Shown: piece by piece, positions 7,485-17,175 of the stretch
Position numbering within the stretch: the first letter of the stretch is position 1
Layout: every line of letters starts with the position of its first letter
Assembly (NCBI GenBank): GCA_033762295.1
Contig: JANRLW010000032.1
Coordinates: 1 to 22,490, forward strand
Direction: 5' to 3'
DNA length: 22,490 nt
Source of the DNA: Capsulimonadales bacterium
Lineage (GTDB): Bacteria; Armatimonadota; Armatimonadia; Armatimonadales; Armatimonadaceae
The notes under the pieces: model-generated
What the model saw: only the letters and a program-made list of their open reading frames with translations
The model's database searches: none
Told to the model about the DNA's origin: nothing
Program-made: the position numbers and the translations under genes

Positions 7485-10475
7485 TCAAATCCTTTCTGCC
7501 TGCGAAGCCACGGGTCCGACCGTCGTGACCTCCGTACGCTCGGCGGTTTCGGCAGGCGTTGAAGACGGCTCCGTCGGCGTGAACGGTTTTCCGGTCAGCA
7601 GCCGTCGGAGCAGAACCCCGAGCCGGGAGAGCGGAACCGTACCGGACCCCGCCTCCGGAAGAAATGCGATCGCGCCCGCCAGAAGTTCCGTTTCCATCAG
7701 GACAATGATCGGCACGGATTCCAGCGAACGACGTTCCTGAAGGCGTTGACCGATCTGCCCGATCGAAATGCCACGTTCCGTCGTGTCCAGAACGGCCAGG
7801 TCGGGATAGTTCTCGGTGATCCGTGCGATCGCCTCCTCGGTCGTCGTCGCGGTCAGGATCAAGATGCCCGAACCCCGGCCGATCAGCGCTTTGCGGACCC
7901 GATCGATGGTTTCGGCGGTCCCGGCGACCAGAACAACCTCCCGCCGACTGCGCATCGGCACCAGGGAATCACGGATATGCCGCGCCAGGTCGGCATCCGA
8001 AATGGAGACCGGAACATAGCGCAGGTTGTCCGTCGCGTCGAGGCGGTTGATATTTCGATGGATGGTCAGGAAGGCGACCGGTATCCCGGCGGTCACCGGA
8101 CTCTGACGGAGGGTTTCCAGCACCTCGATGCCGTTGAGATTCGGCGCGAACGGGTTCAGCGTGATGATATCGGGCCGCAGACCGCGCGCGCGCCGAATCG
8201 CCTCCGCCGGAGTCGCGGCGTTGGAGGTAACGAATCCTTGAAGCCGGAGTTCATGACCCAGCCGGTGAAGCAGCGGGGTATCCCCGTCGATATTCAGGAC
8301 CAGCCGGTGCATCGCCGTACTCTCCGGAGCCAGTTCGCTATCGACGGTCGGCAGGGTGAACCAGAACTTACTGCCCTTGCCGGACTGGCTTTCCACCCAG
8401 ACGCTGCCGCCCAGTTTTTCCAGAATGGCCTTGGTAATCGCGAGGCCGAGGCCGGTCCCCCCGGTTTCACGGGTCGTCGAGTTGTCTGCCCGAAAAAACT
8501 TCTGAAAAAGCCGATTCTGATCCGCCGGATCGATGCCGATTCCCGTATCCTCCACGCAGGTGGTCATCAGTCCGTCGGCATACTCCACGACCACGGTGAC
8601 CCGTCCTCCGTCCGGCGTGTATTTGATCCCATTGGACAGGAAATTGACCAGAACCTGAGTAATGCGGTCACCATCGCCGAGTACGGGAGGAATTCCCTCG
8701 GTATCCCCTTTCGTTTCGACACTCAGACGGATCGATTTGCTCTCGGCTTCGCCCTGCATCATGCGGACCGCCTCTCGAACCAGGGGCAGATAGGCGACCG
8801 ACTCCTGCTTGATATCGATGCGCTCCGATTCGATCTTCGAGATATCCAGGAGGTCGTTGATCAGCGAGGTCAGACGTTTGGTACTGCTCTGCACCATGGT
8901 CAGGAACTCCGTTTGTGTGGAGTTGAGGGCGCCGGTCTGGCCCGTAACCATCAGGTCGACATATCCCTTGATTGCGGTGAGGGGGGTGCGCAATTCATGG
9001 GAAACGGTGGAGACGAAGTCGGTCTTCATCCGATCGACCATCATCTCACGGGTGACGTCGCGAAAAACGACGATTCGTCCGAGGATTTCCCGTTCTCCGT
9101 CGATATCCCGTTCCCCGCGCACCGGCGCGGAAAACAGGCGGAGCACACGGGGGGTGGGTTCGGCAACCTCGACGTTCTCCTCCGTCACCGCCTGCGGGTC
9201 GGCCAGCAGGCGTTCCAGACGGTCGCGCACCTCATGACGCTTCCGGAACCGGGACATGAAGAGCGGGGCCGCCTGCGCAAATGTCTGATCCAGCAGAACC
9301 TCCGCCTCGATATCGAAGAGTTCGGAGAACCGCTGGTTGACGACGGAAAAGGCGCCGGCGCGGTCGAACATCAGGATCGCGTCGTTCGTCGCGTTCAGCA
9401 CCGATTCGATCCGCTGTTTCAGCGCGCCGAGCGTTTCGTTCTGCGCCCGGAGCATCGCTTCCCGCTGCCCGATCGTTCGCGCCATCCGAATGAACGACTG
9501 CTGGAGTACGCCGACCTCGTCATCGGAGAGGGGACGGTTCGCTTCCTCGCTCAGAAGGGCGATACTGGTTCCGCGTTCCAACTCCTCGGTCGCGAGGGTC
9601 AGTTCCTCCAGCGGACGGGTGATCCCCAGGGCGATCGACCGCCCGATCAGCGCGGCCAGAACGAAAGCGCCGAAGGGAAAGAGAATGGCCGACAACTGAC
9701 GGAGCAGGGCGGCGGTGTGGGCGTCCGCTTCGCGCAGGTCGCGCAGGGACTGAGCCGCCCGGACAAACTCCGTGAAATCGCGTTCGACCGCAACGAAGGC
9801 GGCGCGTCCCTCCAAGGCCACGTCCTCCGGTCGGGTTCCGAGCCGACGGGAGGGCGCTTGAAACGGTCGGCGAAAGAACTCCGCATCCACAAACTCCCGG
9901 CTCCACCGTTGAAAGCGAAGATCGGCCCGGCGAAACAGAGCGCGAAGCGTGTCGTTATTGCGCGTTTCGATGTAATCGTCGACCTGGTTGTAGCGAACCC
10001 GGTATTCCTGTCGGGTTTCCTGCAACTGGCGTCGCGCGTTCACACGCGTCGGTTCCCGCGCCGCCAGAAAGGCGCGATACAGGTTCTCGCTGTCACCGGC
10101 CGCTTTGCGCAGTCCTTCCACCTGCTCGGCGAAGCGGGCCGCCGCCTCATAGTCCCGGATGGTCGCGCCGAAAAACCCCCATTGCAGTAGCGGGAGACCG
10201 ACTCCGGCGATAATCAGAATGGAAACGGGCAGGAAATAGAGGAGGATCAGTTTCTGTGCGATCCGACGGCGCGGCCGCCGGGAGACGACGGAGCTCTCCT
10301 CCGTAACCCCCGGTTCGAGAACCCCCCGTTCGAGCGGCAGCGCGGCGGAACGGTCCTCGATCGTTTCCGCTTCTTCCCGGTCCGAACGAAAGTCCGCCCG
10401 CTCCGGAGGGTGTTCGGACACATATCGGTTCGATTCCGAAAGGGTCGGCTCTTCCTGTGTCATCCCGCTTCGCAT
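7485..10475 (-). CDS. Membrane hybrid sensor histidine kinase (TM-periplasmic-TM-HAMP-PAS-HisKA-HATPase plus two atypical receiver domains)
   Basis: Two hydrophobic segments, HAMP (ITRPLEEL...DEVGVL..SF..M), H-box VSHELRTPLT, N-box NFLSNGIKYT, DTGIGI, LFQKFFR, GGTGLGL, and two C-terminal REC-like units (RPDIITLN; YPDLAVLD). Alternative start at 10463. Confidence 0.92.
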   Translation of the reverse strand: MRSGMTQEEPTLSESNRYVSEHPPERADFRSDREEAETIEDRSAALPLERGVLEPGVTEESSVVSRRPRRRIAQKLILLYFLPVSILIIAGVGLPLLQWGFFGATIRDYEAAARFAEQVEGLRKAAGDSENLYRAFLAAREPTRVNARRQLQETRQEYRVRYNQVDDYIETRNNDTLRALFRRADLRFQRWSREFVDAEFFRRPFQAPSRRLGTRPEDVALEGRAAFVAVERDFTEFVRAAQSLRDLREADAHTAALLRQLSAILFPFGAFVLAALIGRSIALGITRPLEELTLATEELERGTSIALLSEEANRPLSDDEVGVLQQSFIRMARTIGQREAMLRAQNETLGALKQRIESVLNATNDAILMFDRAGAFSVVNQRFSELFDIEAEVLLDQTFAQAAPLFMSRFRKRHEVRDRLERLLADPQAVTEENVEVAEPTPRVLRLFSAPVRGERDIDGEREILGRIVVFRDVTREMMVDRMKTDFVSTVSHELRTPLTAIKGYVDLMVTGQTGALNSTQTEFLTMVQSSTKRLTSLINDLLDISKIESERIDIKQESVAYLPLVREAVRMMQGEAESKSIRLSVETKGDTEGIPPVLGDGDRITQVLVNFLSNGIKYTPDGGRVTVVVEYADGLMTTCVEDTGIGIDPADQNRLFQKFFRADNSTTRETGGTGLGLAITKAILEKLGGSVWVESQSGKGSKFWFTLPTVDSELAPESTAMHRLVLNIDGDTPLLHRLGHELRLQGFVTSNAATPAEAIRRARGLRPDIITLNPFAPNLNGIEVLETLRQSPVTAGIPVAFLTIHRNINRLDATDNLRYVPVSISDADLARHIRDSLVPMRSRREVVLVAGTAETIDRVRKALIGRGSGILILTATTTEEAIARITENYPDLAVLDTTERGISIGQIGQRLQERRSLESVPIIVLMETELLAGAIAFLPEAGSGTVPLSRLGVLLRRLLTGKPFTPTEPSSTPAETAERTEVTTVGPVASQAERI

Positions 10476-10516
10476 CGTCTACGTATGTTATCGCATTCTT
10501 CCGGGCGGAAATCCGG

Positions 10517-11269
10517 TCACAGGAGATTTTCCAGGCCGTACACCAGCCCGGTGACCGAGGCGGAACGTCGGAGAGCGAGCAGAACGCCGGGCATGAACGA
10601 GGCTCGATCGATGGAGTCGTGGCGGATCGACAGCCGCTGGCCGGCTCCTCCGAAAATGACCTCCTGCGACGCGACGAATCCGGGCAGACGCACCGAGTGG
10701 ATACGAATGTCGCCGGCGGCCTTTCCGCCGCGCGAACCGACGAATTTTTCGAAGGCATCGACCGGTTCCGGCGCGGGCACGGGACCGCCCTCACGCGCCG
10801 TCGCTATCATCTCGGCGGTTTTGACGGCGGTTCCGGAGGGCGCGTCCACTTTGCGTTCATGGTGCATTTCGAGGATTTCGACATCCGGCAGATAGCGAGC
10901 CGCCTCGGCGGCGAAGCGCATCATCAGCAGGGCGCCGATCGCAAAGTTCGGCGCGATCAGGCAGCCGGTCCCGTGCGTTTCACAGAGCGAACGCACCTCG
11001 TTCAGATCATCCGGAGAGAACCCGGTCGTGCCGACGATCGGCACGACCCTCTGAGCCAGCGCGGTTCGTATGTTTTCGAGCACCACGTCGGGAACGGTGA
11101 AATCGACCATGGCCGCCGGGCGGGTCTCCCGGAGAATCGTCGCCAGGTCATCGCCCTGGTCGATCCCGGCGACCAGCCGCAGGTCGGGGGCGTCCGAGAT
11201 GGCCCGAACGGTTTCACTGCCCATCCGGCCTCGCGCCCCGCACACCGCCACGCGCATCGGTTCCGCCAT
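10517..11269 (-). CDS. dapB: 4-hydroxy-tetrahydrodipicolinate reductase
   Basis: VAVCGARGRMG, VDFT, VGTTG, APNFAIG, EMHHERKVDAPSGTA, IHSVRLPG. The start overlaps the M16 peptidase stop (TGATG). Confidence 0.96.
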   Translation of the reverse strand: MAEPMRVAVCGARGRMGSETVRAISDAPDLRLVAGIDQGDDLATILRETRPAAMVDFTVPDVVLENIRTALAQRVVPIVGTTGFSPDDLNEVRSLCETHGTGCLIAPNFAIGALLMMRFAAEAARYLPDVEILEMHHERKVDAPSGTAVKTAEMIATAREGGPVPAPEPVDAFEKFVGSRGGKAAGDIRIHSVRLPGFVASQEVIFGGAGQRLSIRHDSIDRASFMPGVLLALRRSASVTGLVYGLENLL

Positions 11270-12624
11270 CAGGCCTCGGCCTCCTCCCCCAGAATCGCGA
11301 TCTCCGGGAGCGCCTCGGTGTCGAACTCCTCCGCCGCGAACGCGGTCGGATTGTCGAACGGACCGACCGCCGCGACGGTCAGTTCCGCCGGATCGGACGG
11401 GAAGATCACCTCGGAGATTCGCCGGATATCGTCGAGCGTCACCGCGTCGATTTTGGCGATCACTTCCGTCAGGGGGACGACCCGGTCGAAGTAGACCTGG
11501 GATTTGCCGATTCGGTTCATGCGTGAGGACATGGATTCCAGCGACATGATGATACTGCCCCGGAACTGGTTCTTGGCGCGGATCAGTTCGGCGTCGGTAA
11601 TCCCCTCCTGCCGCACCCGCGCGAACTCGGTGCGAACGAGGTCGACGCATTCCTCGAAACTCGCCGGGGAGGTGCCGCCGTACGCCGTGAAATAACCGCC
11701 CTCATGGTGGGTCGCCGCATAGGAGCCGACCGAGTAGGCGAGTCCCCGCTTCTCGCGGATCTCCTGGAAGAGACGCGAACCCATGCTGCCGCCGAGGACG
11801 GAATCGAGAATGGCAAGCGGATATTTGTCGTCGTCGTGCTGGCTGACGCCGTGCGTGCCGACGCAGAAGTTGACCTGTTCATTGGGGCGGACATACCGTT
11901 CCTGAGCGATGCGGGGTTGGAGGGCGGCGGTCGGTTTCGGTTCGCGTCCGCTGGCGTCCAGGGTTCCCAGGGTCGCCGCCACGCCGTCGACGACGCGCGC
12001 ATGTTCCAGGCTGCCGGAAGCGGCGACGATAATATTCTCCGGACCGTAATGCTGCTTCATATAGGCGCGAAGATCGTCCGGAACGAATCCGGCCACGATT
12101 TCGGCGGTCCCGATCACCGGCAGGCCGAGGGGATGGTTCGGAAAGATCGTCTGAGCGAAGAGGTCGTGAACCAGGTCCTCCGGGTCATCGTCGCGACGTT
12201 TGATCTCCTCCAGAACGACCTTGCGTTCGCGGGCGGTCTCCTCTGCGTCGAACAGCGAATGCATATACATGTCGGTCAGGATGTCGATGGCGAGCGGGAG
12301 GTGCTCCGCCAGGGCGCGGGCGTAGTAGCAGGTGTACTCCTTATCGGTAAAGGCGTTCAGATAACCGCCGACATTGTCCATCTCATCCGAGATCTGTTTG
12401 GCGGAAGGACGGCGTTCCGTGCCCTTGAAGAGCATATGCTCGAGGAAGTGCGAGATGCCCCGATGGCCGCTGTCCTCGTATCGTGCGCCGGTGGCGACCC
12501 AGATACCGACGGAGACGGAGCGGACGGAGGTGACGTTCTCGGTCACGACCCGGACACCGTTGGGAAGCGTGGTGGTTTCGACGTCTTCGGTGAGCGGGGG
12601 AAGGCTGGAAAGGATATCGGTCAT
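11269..12624 (-). CDS. M16 family (pitrilysin-like) zinc peptidase
   Basis: TLPNGVRVV, inverted zinc motif HFLEH(MLFKGT), NAFTDKE, GGSMGSRLFQEIREKRGLAYSV. Confidence 0.93.
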   Translation of the reverse strand: MTDILSSLPPLTEDVETTTLPNGVRVVTENVTSVRSVSVGIWVATGARYEDSGHRGISHFLEHMLFKGTERRPSAKQISDEMDNVGGYLNAFTDKEYTCYYARALAEHLPLAIDILTDMYMHSLFDAEETARERKVVLEEIKRRDDDPEDLVHDLFAQTIFPNHPLGLPVIGTAEIVAGFVPDDLRAYMKQHYGPENIIVAASGSLEHARVVDGVAATLGTLDASGREPKPTAALQPRIAQERYVRPNEQVNFCVGTHGVSQHDDDKYPLAILDSVLGGSMGSRLFQEIREKRGLAYSVGSYAATHHEGGYFTAYGGTSPASFEECVDLVRTEFARVRQEGITDAELIRAKNQFRGSIIMSLESMSSRMNRIGKSQVYFDRVVPLTEVIAKIDAVTLDDIRRISEVIFPSDPAELTVAAVGPFDNPTAFAAEEFDTEALPEIAILGEEAEA

Positions 12625-12680
12625 GGGAGGTCTGGTTTCCTTGCGGGCGGCGGGCGGCACGCCACGACGCGCTTTCGACG

Positions 12681-12710
12681 ATTGTACCCTGTTCGCAAAA
12701 CGCCCGGCAA
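12681..12710 (-). promoter_or_regulatory. Putative sigma70 promoter of the M16-dap operon
   Basis: Minus strand TTGCCG (12710-12705), 18-nt spacer, TACAAT (12686-12681). Confidence 0.55.
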
Positions 12711-12726
12711 GACCGCAAAAATCTGT

Positions 12727-12755
12727 TTGCCCGGGATCGGCGACGGCGTTACAAT
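12727..12755 (+). promoter_or_regulatory. Putative sigma70 promoter for a leaderless mutL transcript
   Basis: TTGCCC (12727-12732), 17-nt spacer, TACAAT (12750-12755), 6 nt, ATG 12762. No SD. Confidence 0.65.
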
Positions 12756-12761
12756 ATCGAC

Positions 12762-14648
12762 ATGCCCCAGATCGTGAACCTTCTCGACGACTCGACCGCC
12801 AACCGGATCGCCGCCGGCGAGGTGATCGAACGCCCTTCCTCGGTCGTCAAGGAACTGGTGGAGAACAGCCTGGATGCCGGGGCGACCCGGATCGAGGTCG
12901 AACTGGAGGAGGGGGGGAAACGCCGGATTCGGGTGCGCGACAACGGCTGCGGGATGGTGCGGGAGGACGCGGTTCTGTGTCTGCAGCGGCATGCCACCAG
13001 CAAGATCCGTTCGGCGGACGATCTTTTCGCAATCCGGACCCTGGGCTTCCGGGGAGAGGCGCTCCCCTCGATCGCGTCCGTGTCGGACTTTCATCTCGTG
13101 ACCAAACCGGCGGAGGAGGAGACGGCGACCGAAATCCGGGTGAGCGGCGGCGAGATGGTGCGGGTGGAGGATGCGGCGGGACCGGACGGAACGACGATCA
13201 CGATCGAGAATCTTTTTTTCAATACCCCGGCGCGTCTCAAGTTCATGAAGACCGCGCAGACGGAACTCAACCAGACGACCGACCTGCTCCATCGACTGAT
13301 CCTCGCCTATCATCAGGTCGCGTTTCGACTGGTCCACGACGGCTATGAGGTCCTGTCCTATCCCGGCTCGCACGATCCGCGGGTGGCGGTGGCCGCCGTC
13401 TGGGGGCGGGACGCCGTTCGGGAAATGGTGCCGCTCAACTACGTGTCGACCTCCCTGTCGGTGACCGGATTCGTCTCCAAACCGTCGTTGACAAGAGCGA
13501 CCCGCTCCGCCCAGGCGATGTTCGTCAACGGACGCTTCGTTCGCTCGCGGACGATGACCCATGCGTTCGACTCGGCGTTCAAACAGCTGATGACCGGCGA
13601 TCGGTTTCCGGTGGTCGCGCTTTTCCTGTCCATCGCGCCGGAACTGGTCGATGTCAACGTCCACCCGACGAAGATCGAGGTCCGGTTCTCGCGCGAAGGG
13701 GATGTCTATTCCGCGGTGCACCAGGCGGTGCGGAACGCGATGCTGACCGGCGGCCTGATGCCGGAGGTCCGGGTGGAGGCGTCGCTTTCCGCCGAAACCG
13801 CTCCGGCCGGGACCGCTCCCATCGACATCGTGCGAGGAAGCGCGTTGCCCCCGAAGACGGCGTTATCGAGTTTCGGGCGAAGCGAGGTGATGCTGCCCAC
13901 GACCGCCGTCGTGGAGTCCGGCGACGGAACGGGAGCGGATGCCGGCGCCATGGTGCCGACCGGGCAGCCGGAAATCGTCTTTTCGGAAGGGGACCCGTCG
14001 GTGAGGCCGCCGTCCGACGACGGCTATATTGGGTTTGACGGGTATCGGATCGGCCGACTGCGGGTGATCGGTCAATCCCGAAATACCTATATTGTGGCCG
14101 AAACCGAGGATGCGATTCTGCTTATCGACCAGCATATCGCTCATGAACGGGTGCTTTACGAACAGATGATGAACGGAGCGACGGAACAGGCGGCGCGGTG
14201 GGGGGTCGTGGCGCAGCGACTGGTCTTGCCGCAAACGGTCGAGTTCGCGGCTCGCGAGGCGAAGATCGTCGCCGAACGACGGTCCGCACTGGAGAGAGCC
14301 GGGTTTCTTCTGGAACCGTTCGGCGGCGGGACGTTCGTTCTGCGGGCGGTGCCGGCGGCGGTTGCCGACCGGGGCCCGGAAAATATCCTCCGTGAAATCA
14401 TCGAGGAGATGACGGCGGAAAGCGTCGCGCGGCGATTACCGGTTCCGCAGGAGACGGCCATCATCATGGCCTCCTGCAAGATGGCGGTCAAGAAGGGAGA
14501 TCCGTTGACGATGGAGGAGATGACCCGTCTGCTGACGGATCTGGCGGCGATGCGCAATCCGTTCACCTGCCCGCACGGTCGGCCGATTCTGCTGGCCCTC
14601 ACCCATCGGGAAATGGATAGAAAATTTCATCGAATCGGCCCCCATTGA
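12762..14648 (+). CDS. mutL: DNA mismatch repair endonuclease MutL
   Basis: IAAGEVIERP..VVKELVENSLDAGA, HATSKI, GFRGEAL, DVNVHPTK. The C-terminal endonuclease motifs DQHIAHERVLYE, SCK and CPHGRP are present, with a clamp-binding-like QRLVLP. Confidence 0.97.
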   Translation: MPQIVNLLDDSTANRIAAGEVIERPSSVVKELVENSLDAGATRIEVELEEGGKRRIRVRDNGCGMVREDAVLCLQRHATSKIRSADDLFAIRTLGFRGEALPSIASVSDFHLVTKPAEEETATEIRVSGGEMVRVEDAAGPDGTTITIENLFFNTPARLKFMKTAQTELNQTTDLLHRLILAYHQVAFRLVHDGYEVLSYPGSHDPRVAVAAVWGRDAVREMVPLNYVSTSLSVTGFVSKPSLTRATRSAQAMFVNGRFVRSRTMTHAFDSAFKQLMTGDRFPVVALFLSIAPELVDVNVHPTKIEVRFSREGDVYSAVHQAVRNAMLTGGLMPEVRVEASLSAETAPAGTAPIDIVRGSALPPKTALSSFGRSEVMLPTTAVVESGDGTGADAGAMVPTGQPEIVFSEGDPSVRPPSDDGYIGFDGYRIGRLRVIGQSRNTYIVAETEDAILLIDQHIAHERVLYEQMMNGATEQAARWGVVAQRLVLPQTVEFAAREAKIVAERRSALERAGFLLEPFGGGTFVLRAVPAAVADRGPENILREIIEEMTAESVARRLPVPQETAIIMASCKMAVKKGDPLTMEEMTRLLTDLAAMRNPFTCPHGRPILLALTHREMDRKFHRIGPH

Positions 14649-14702
14649 CTTCCCGTACGTATGATTAAGCGGTATAAAACGGGGGGTGTGAAGCGGGGTC
14701 GA

Positions 14703-16610
14703 ATGTTCAACAATTTCCTTCATAAATCGACGTTGCTGATTCTGTGGCTGTTCGCTGTCGTCGTCTGCCGGATGGATACGGCGTTCGCCCAGCGGCCGAC
14801 GGAACAATGGACGCCGCATGTCGTGGCGAGCAAGCAGGGCAAAACCGGAGTGGTCCTGGTGAATGACGTGGTCGTGTTCCGGTTCCGGGAGGTGCGGGCG
14901 GGATTGTTTCCGTTCGAACGGGCCGAACGGGCCGCCAGCCGACTGCAGGAGGGGATCAACAACGGGGCGCGGGCGGGGGCGGTTCGCCTTGATCTCGCCG
15001 ACGAGGACGCGCCTGCGGTCCGTTTCGATGGAGCGACAGTGGCGACGGCGGCGGCGCGCGAAGTCCCCCGGGTAAAGTCCAGGCGGCGTCGACGTCGTCT
15101 GCTGGCATCGGCTCGGGCCGAGGCCCGAATGCAGGCGGAACGCTGGGCGCGGGAATTGAAGCGAACTCTCGCGTTGCCAGGACTGATTCTCCCTCAGGCC
15201 AGCCAGGTCATCCCGTTGGCCGAGAACCGCGTTCTGCGTCTGCGCGGCGCGGCGCGCGGTCCGATCCGGATCACGACCGACTCCGGAGACGCGTCGATCG
15301 TTCGCTGGCAGACGGACGCGACGACCGGCCAGGTAACGCTGACCGGGGTGAAGCCCGGCCGCGAAACCGTGTTTTTCGAGCGGGACGGGGCGGTGGCGAC
15401 CTTCGTCGCCGCCGTCAAACCGTACGCCGGGCAGTTCGGAGTGCCACATCCGGTCACCGTCACCGGTAAAACGGCGCCGTCCGCTCTGATCGCCCGACTG
15501 GCGCGGGTCGCCGCTCTCGCCTCGGTCACGCTGACGCCCGGCGCGGAGGCGCGGGTGGTAACGAACTCCCTCTCGGTCGGATCGGTGGCGGCCGGACAGA
15601 CCGCCCTCGTCCCGGTCCCCGTTCGGGTCACCGGCCCGGAGATGCTGCCGGTGGAGCGGCGGCTGTTTGTCCCGGTCATCAACCGCCGTCTGGCAGCCGG
15701 AGAAACCACCGTTCTGTTCTACTCCAACAATCCGGAGCGAATCAAGGGACCTGCCAGCCTCTTCGCCGGTCGCCTGCCCAATGGCGGCGAGACGGCGCGA
15801 CTGCTGTATCATCACCAGAACGGCGCCGGTTCCACGCTGAACTTCGATGTCGAACTGATCAACGACAGCAATGAGGTGACCCATGTGCAGATGGTCGGCG
15901 GCGATGCCGGACCGGAACGGGATACCGTCTGGGTGGGCTATCGGGCGGCGGCGGATTACCTTCGGGCCGCCGAGAACGGCGTCGGGGCGGTGCTGAGAAT
16001 CCCTCCGCACTCTTTCATTCCGCTGTCCTCCCGGCGGCTTCCGAACGGCCAGACCGTTTCCGGCCTGATGCACCTGCGGACCATCTACGGGCCGACGCCG
16101 CTGATCCGGATCAGCGCGGAGACGCCGGTCGTTGCCACCCGGACGATCTTTCTTCCCGTGCCGCTCGATACCCTGCGCTGGGAGACGAGCGACCCGGCGC
16201 GATTCTCCGAACACGTCTACCCCAATCCGGCGCAGAGGATGGACGTTTCCTACCGGGTCGGCGGACCGTGGACGTTCATCAAGTACGGTCGCGTCGGACT
16301 GGTCGCCTCGGCGTCGCCCCAGACCGTTCTCCATGGAAACTACGGCGTCCTGTATGAGATCAATGTTCGCCTGGAAAACCCGACCGACGCCCCGGCCCGC
16401 GTTCGTCTGGTTTTCGAACCGTCGGCGGGCATGGCCGGAGGCATCTTCCTGATGGCGGATCGGAAGGTGGAGATTCCGCAATCCGATATGCTCAGAGAGA
16501 CGACTCTGGCCACCTATACGCTCGCGCCCGGAGAGAACCGCAGCGTCACGGTACGGACCCTGCCGCTCTCCGGGTCCAATTACCCGGCCACCATTATCGT
16601 TCGACCATGA
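14703..16610 (+). CDS. Large secreted hypothetical protein, C-terminal region DUF3370-like
   Basis: Long ORF with a signal-peptide-like N-terminus (LLILWLFAVVVC...AFA|Q) and beta-rich sequence. The motifs LFYSNNPE and HGNYGVLY recall DUF3370-type proteins. Start uncertain (14661, 14688 or 14703). Confidence 0.75.
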   Translation: MFNNFLHKSTLLILWLFAVVVCRMDTAFAQRPTEQWTPHVVASKQGKTGVVLVNDVVVFRFREVRAGLFPFERAERAASRLQEGINNGARAGAVRLDLADEDAPAVRFDGATVATAAAREVPRVKSRRRRRRLLASARAEARMQAERWARELKRTLALPGLILPQASQVIPLAENRVLRLRGAARGPIRITTDSGDASIVRWQTDATTGQVTLTGVKPGRETVFFERDGAVATFVAAVKPYAGQFGVPHPVTVTGKTAPSALIARLARVAALASVTLTPGAEARVVTNSLSVGSVAAGQTALVPVPVRVTGPEMLPVERRLFVPVINRRLAAGETTVLFYSNNPERIKGPASLFAGRLPNGGETARLLYHHQNGAGSTLNFDVELINDSNEVTHVQMVGGDAGPERDTVWVGYRAAADYLRAAENGVGAVLRIPPHSFIPLSSRRLPNGQTVSGLMHLRTIYGPTPLIRISAETPVVATRTIFLPVPLDTLRWETSDPARFSEHVYPNPAQRMDVSYRVGGPWTFIKYGRVGLVASASPQTVLHGNYGVLYEINVRLENPTDAPARVRLVFEPSAGMAGGIFLMADRKVEIPQSDMLRETTLATYTLAPGENRSVTVRTLPLSGSNYPATIIVRP

Positions 16611-17175
16611 CCTCCGCGGCTTCCGGGGTTTCCGCCGTGTTCGATAGCGAGCGCCATTCGTCCCGAAGCACCTCGCCCCGCCATTCGTCGTGCCACTGGC
16701 CCTGCCGGAACTCATGACGGCGGGCCAGGCCACACTGGCGGTACCCGGCCTTTTCGAGGGCGCGAATGCTGCCCGCGTTCCCGGCGATCGCCGCCGATTC
16801 CAGCTTTTCCAGGTTCAGTTCCTCAAAGGCGTACCGTGTTCGCAGGCGATGGGCCTCGGTCGCATATCCTTTACGCCATTCGTCCTTCTCGCCGATCAAA
16901 CTGCCGGTCAGGCCCCGGCGATTCCGCCAGTCGATCCGGTGAATCCCGCTCGTGCCGATCGGCCGGTCGCCGACCGCGATCACCCAGACGATATCGTCCG
17001 CGCTTTTCGAGACGCGGTCGAACCAGTCCCGCTCCTGTCCGATCGACGGGGGGAAGCGGATTCCCAGAAAGCGAACCACCTCGGGGTCCGCGAGCCAGCG
17101 AATGAACATCGGCAGCATCTCTTCGTTCGGCGCGATCAGTCGGACGCGTTCGCCGATCAGAGTCGGTCCCAGCAT
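16594..17175 (-). CDS. GNAT acetyltransferase, RimJ/RimL family
   Basis: GERVRL, IGEKDEWRKGYATEA, YAFEELNLEKL, N.GSIRALEKAGY. SD GGAGG upstream. Confidence 0.9.
   Translation of the reverse strand: MLGPTLIGERVRLIAPNEEMLPMFIRWLADPEVVRFLGIRFPPSIGQERDWFDRVSKSADDIVWVIAVGDRPIGTSGIHRIDWRNRRGLTGSLIGEKDEWRKGYATEAHRLRTRYAFEELNLEKLESAAIAGNAGSIRALEKAGYRQCGLARRHEFRQGQWHDEWRGEVLRDEWRSLSNTAETPEAAEVMVER

Noticed and set aside
7746..10190. 814-aa plus-strand ORF
   Set aside because: Antisense shadow of the histidine kinase in GC-rich DNA, with no motifs.
10517..11650. Extended 377-aa DapB from the ORF track
   Set aside because: The extra N-terminal 127 codons overlap the M16 peptidase in another frame. 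Homology begins at MAEPMRVAV (11269).
12625..12680. Lysine riboswitch upstream of the dap operon
   Set aside because: The predicted leader is only about 50 nt, far too short, and lacks L-box motifs.
14122..14163. MutL endonuclease motif variant DQHI instead of DQHA
   Set aside because: The metal-binding residues (D, H, E, plus SCK and CPHGRP) are intact, so it is most likely a neutral variant.
14436..16733. 765-aa minus-strand ORF
   Set aside because: Antisense shadow of the secreted protein gene, overlapping mutL and the GNAT gene, with Arg/Gly-rich non-protein-like composition.
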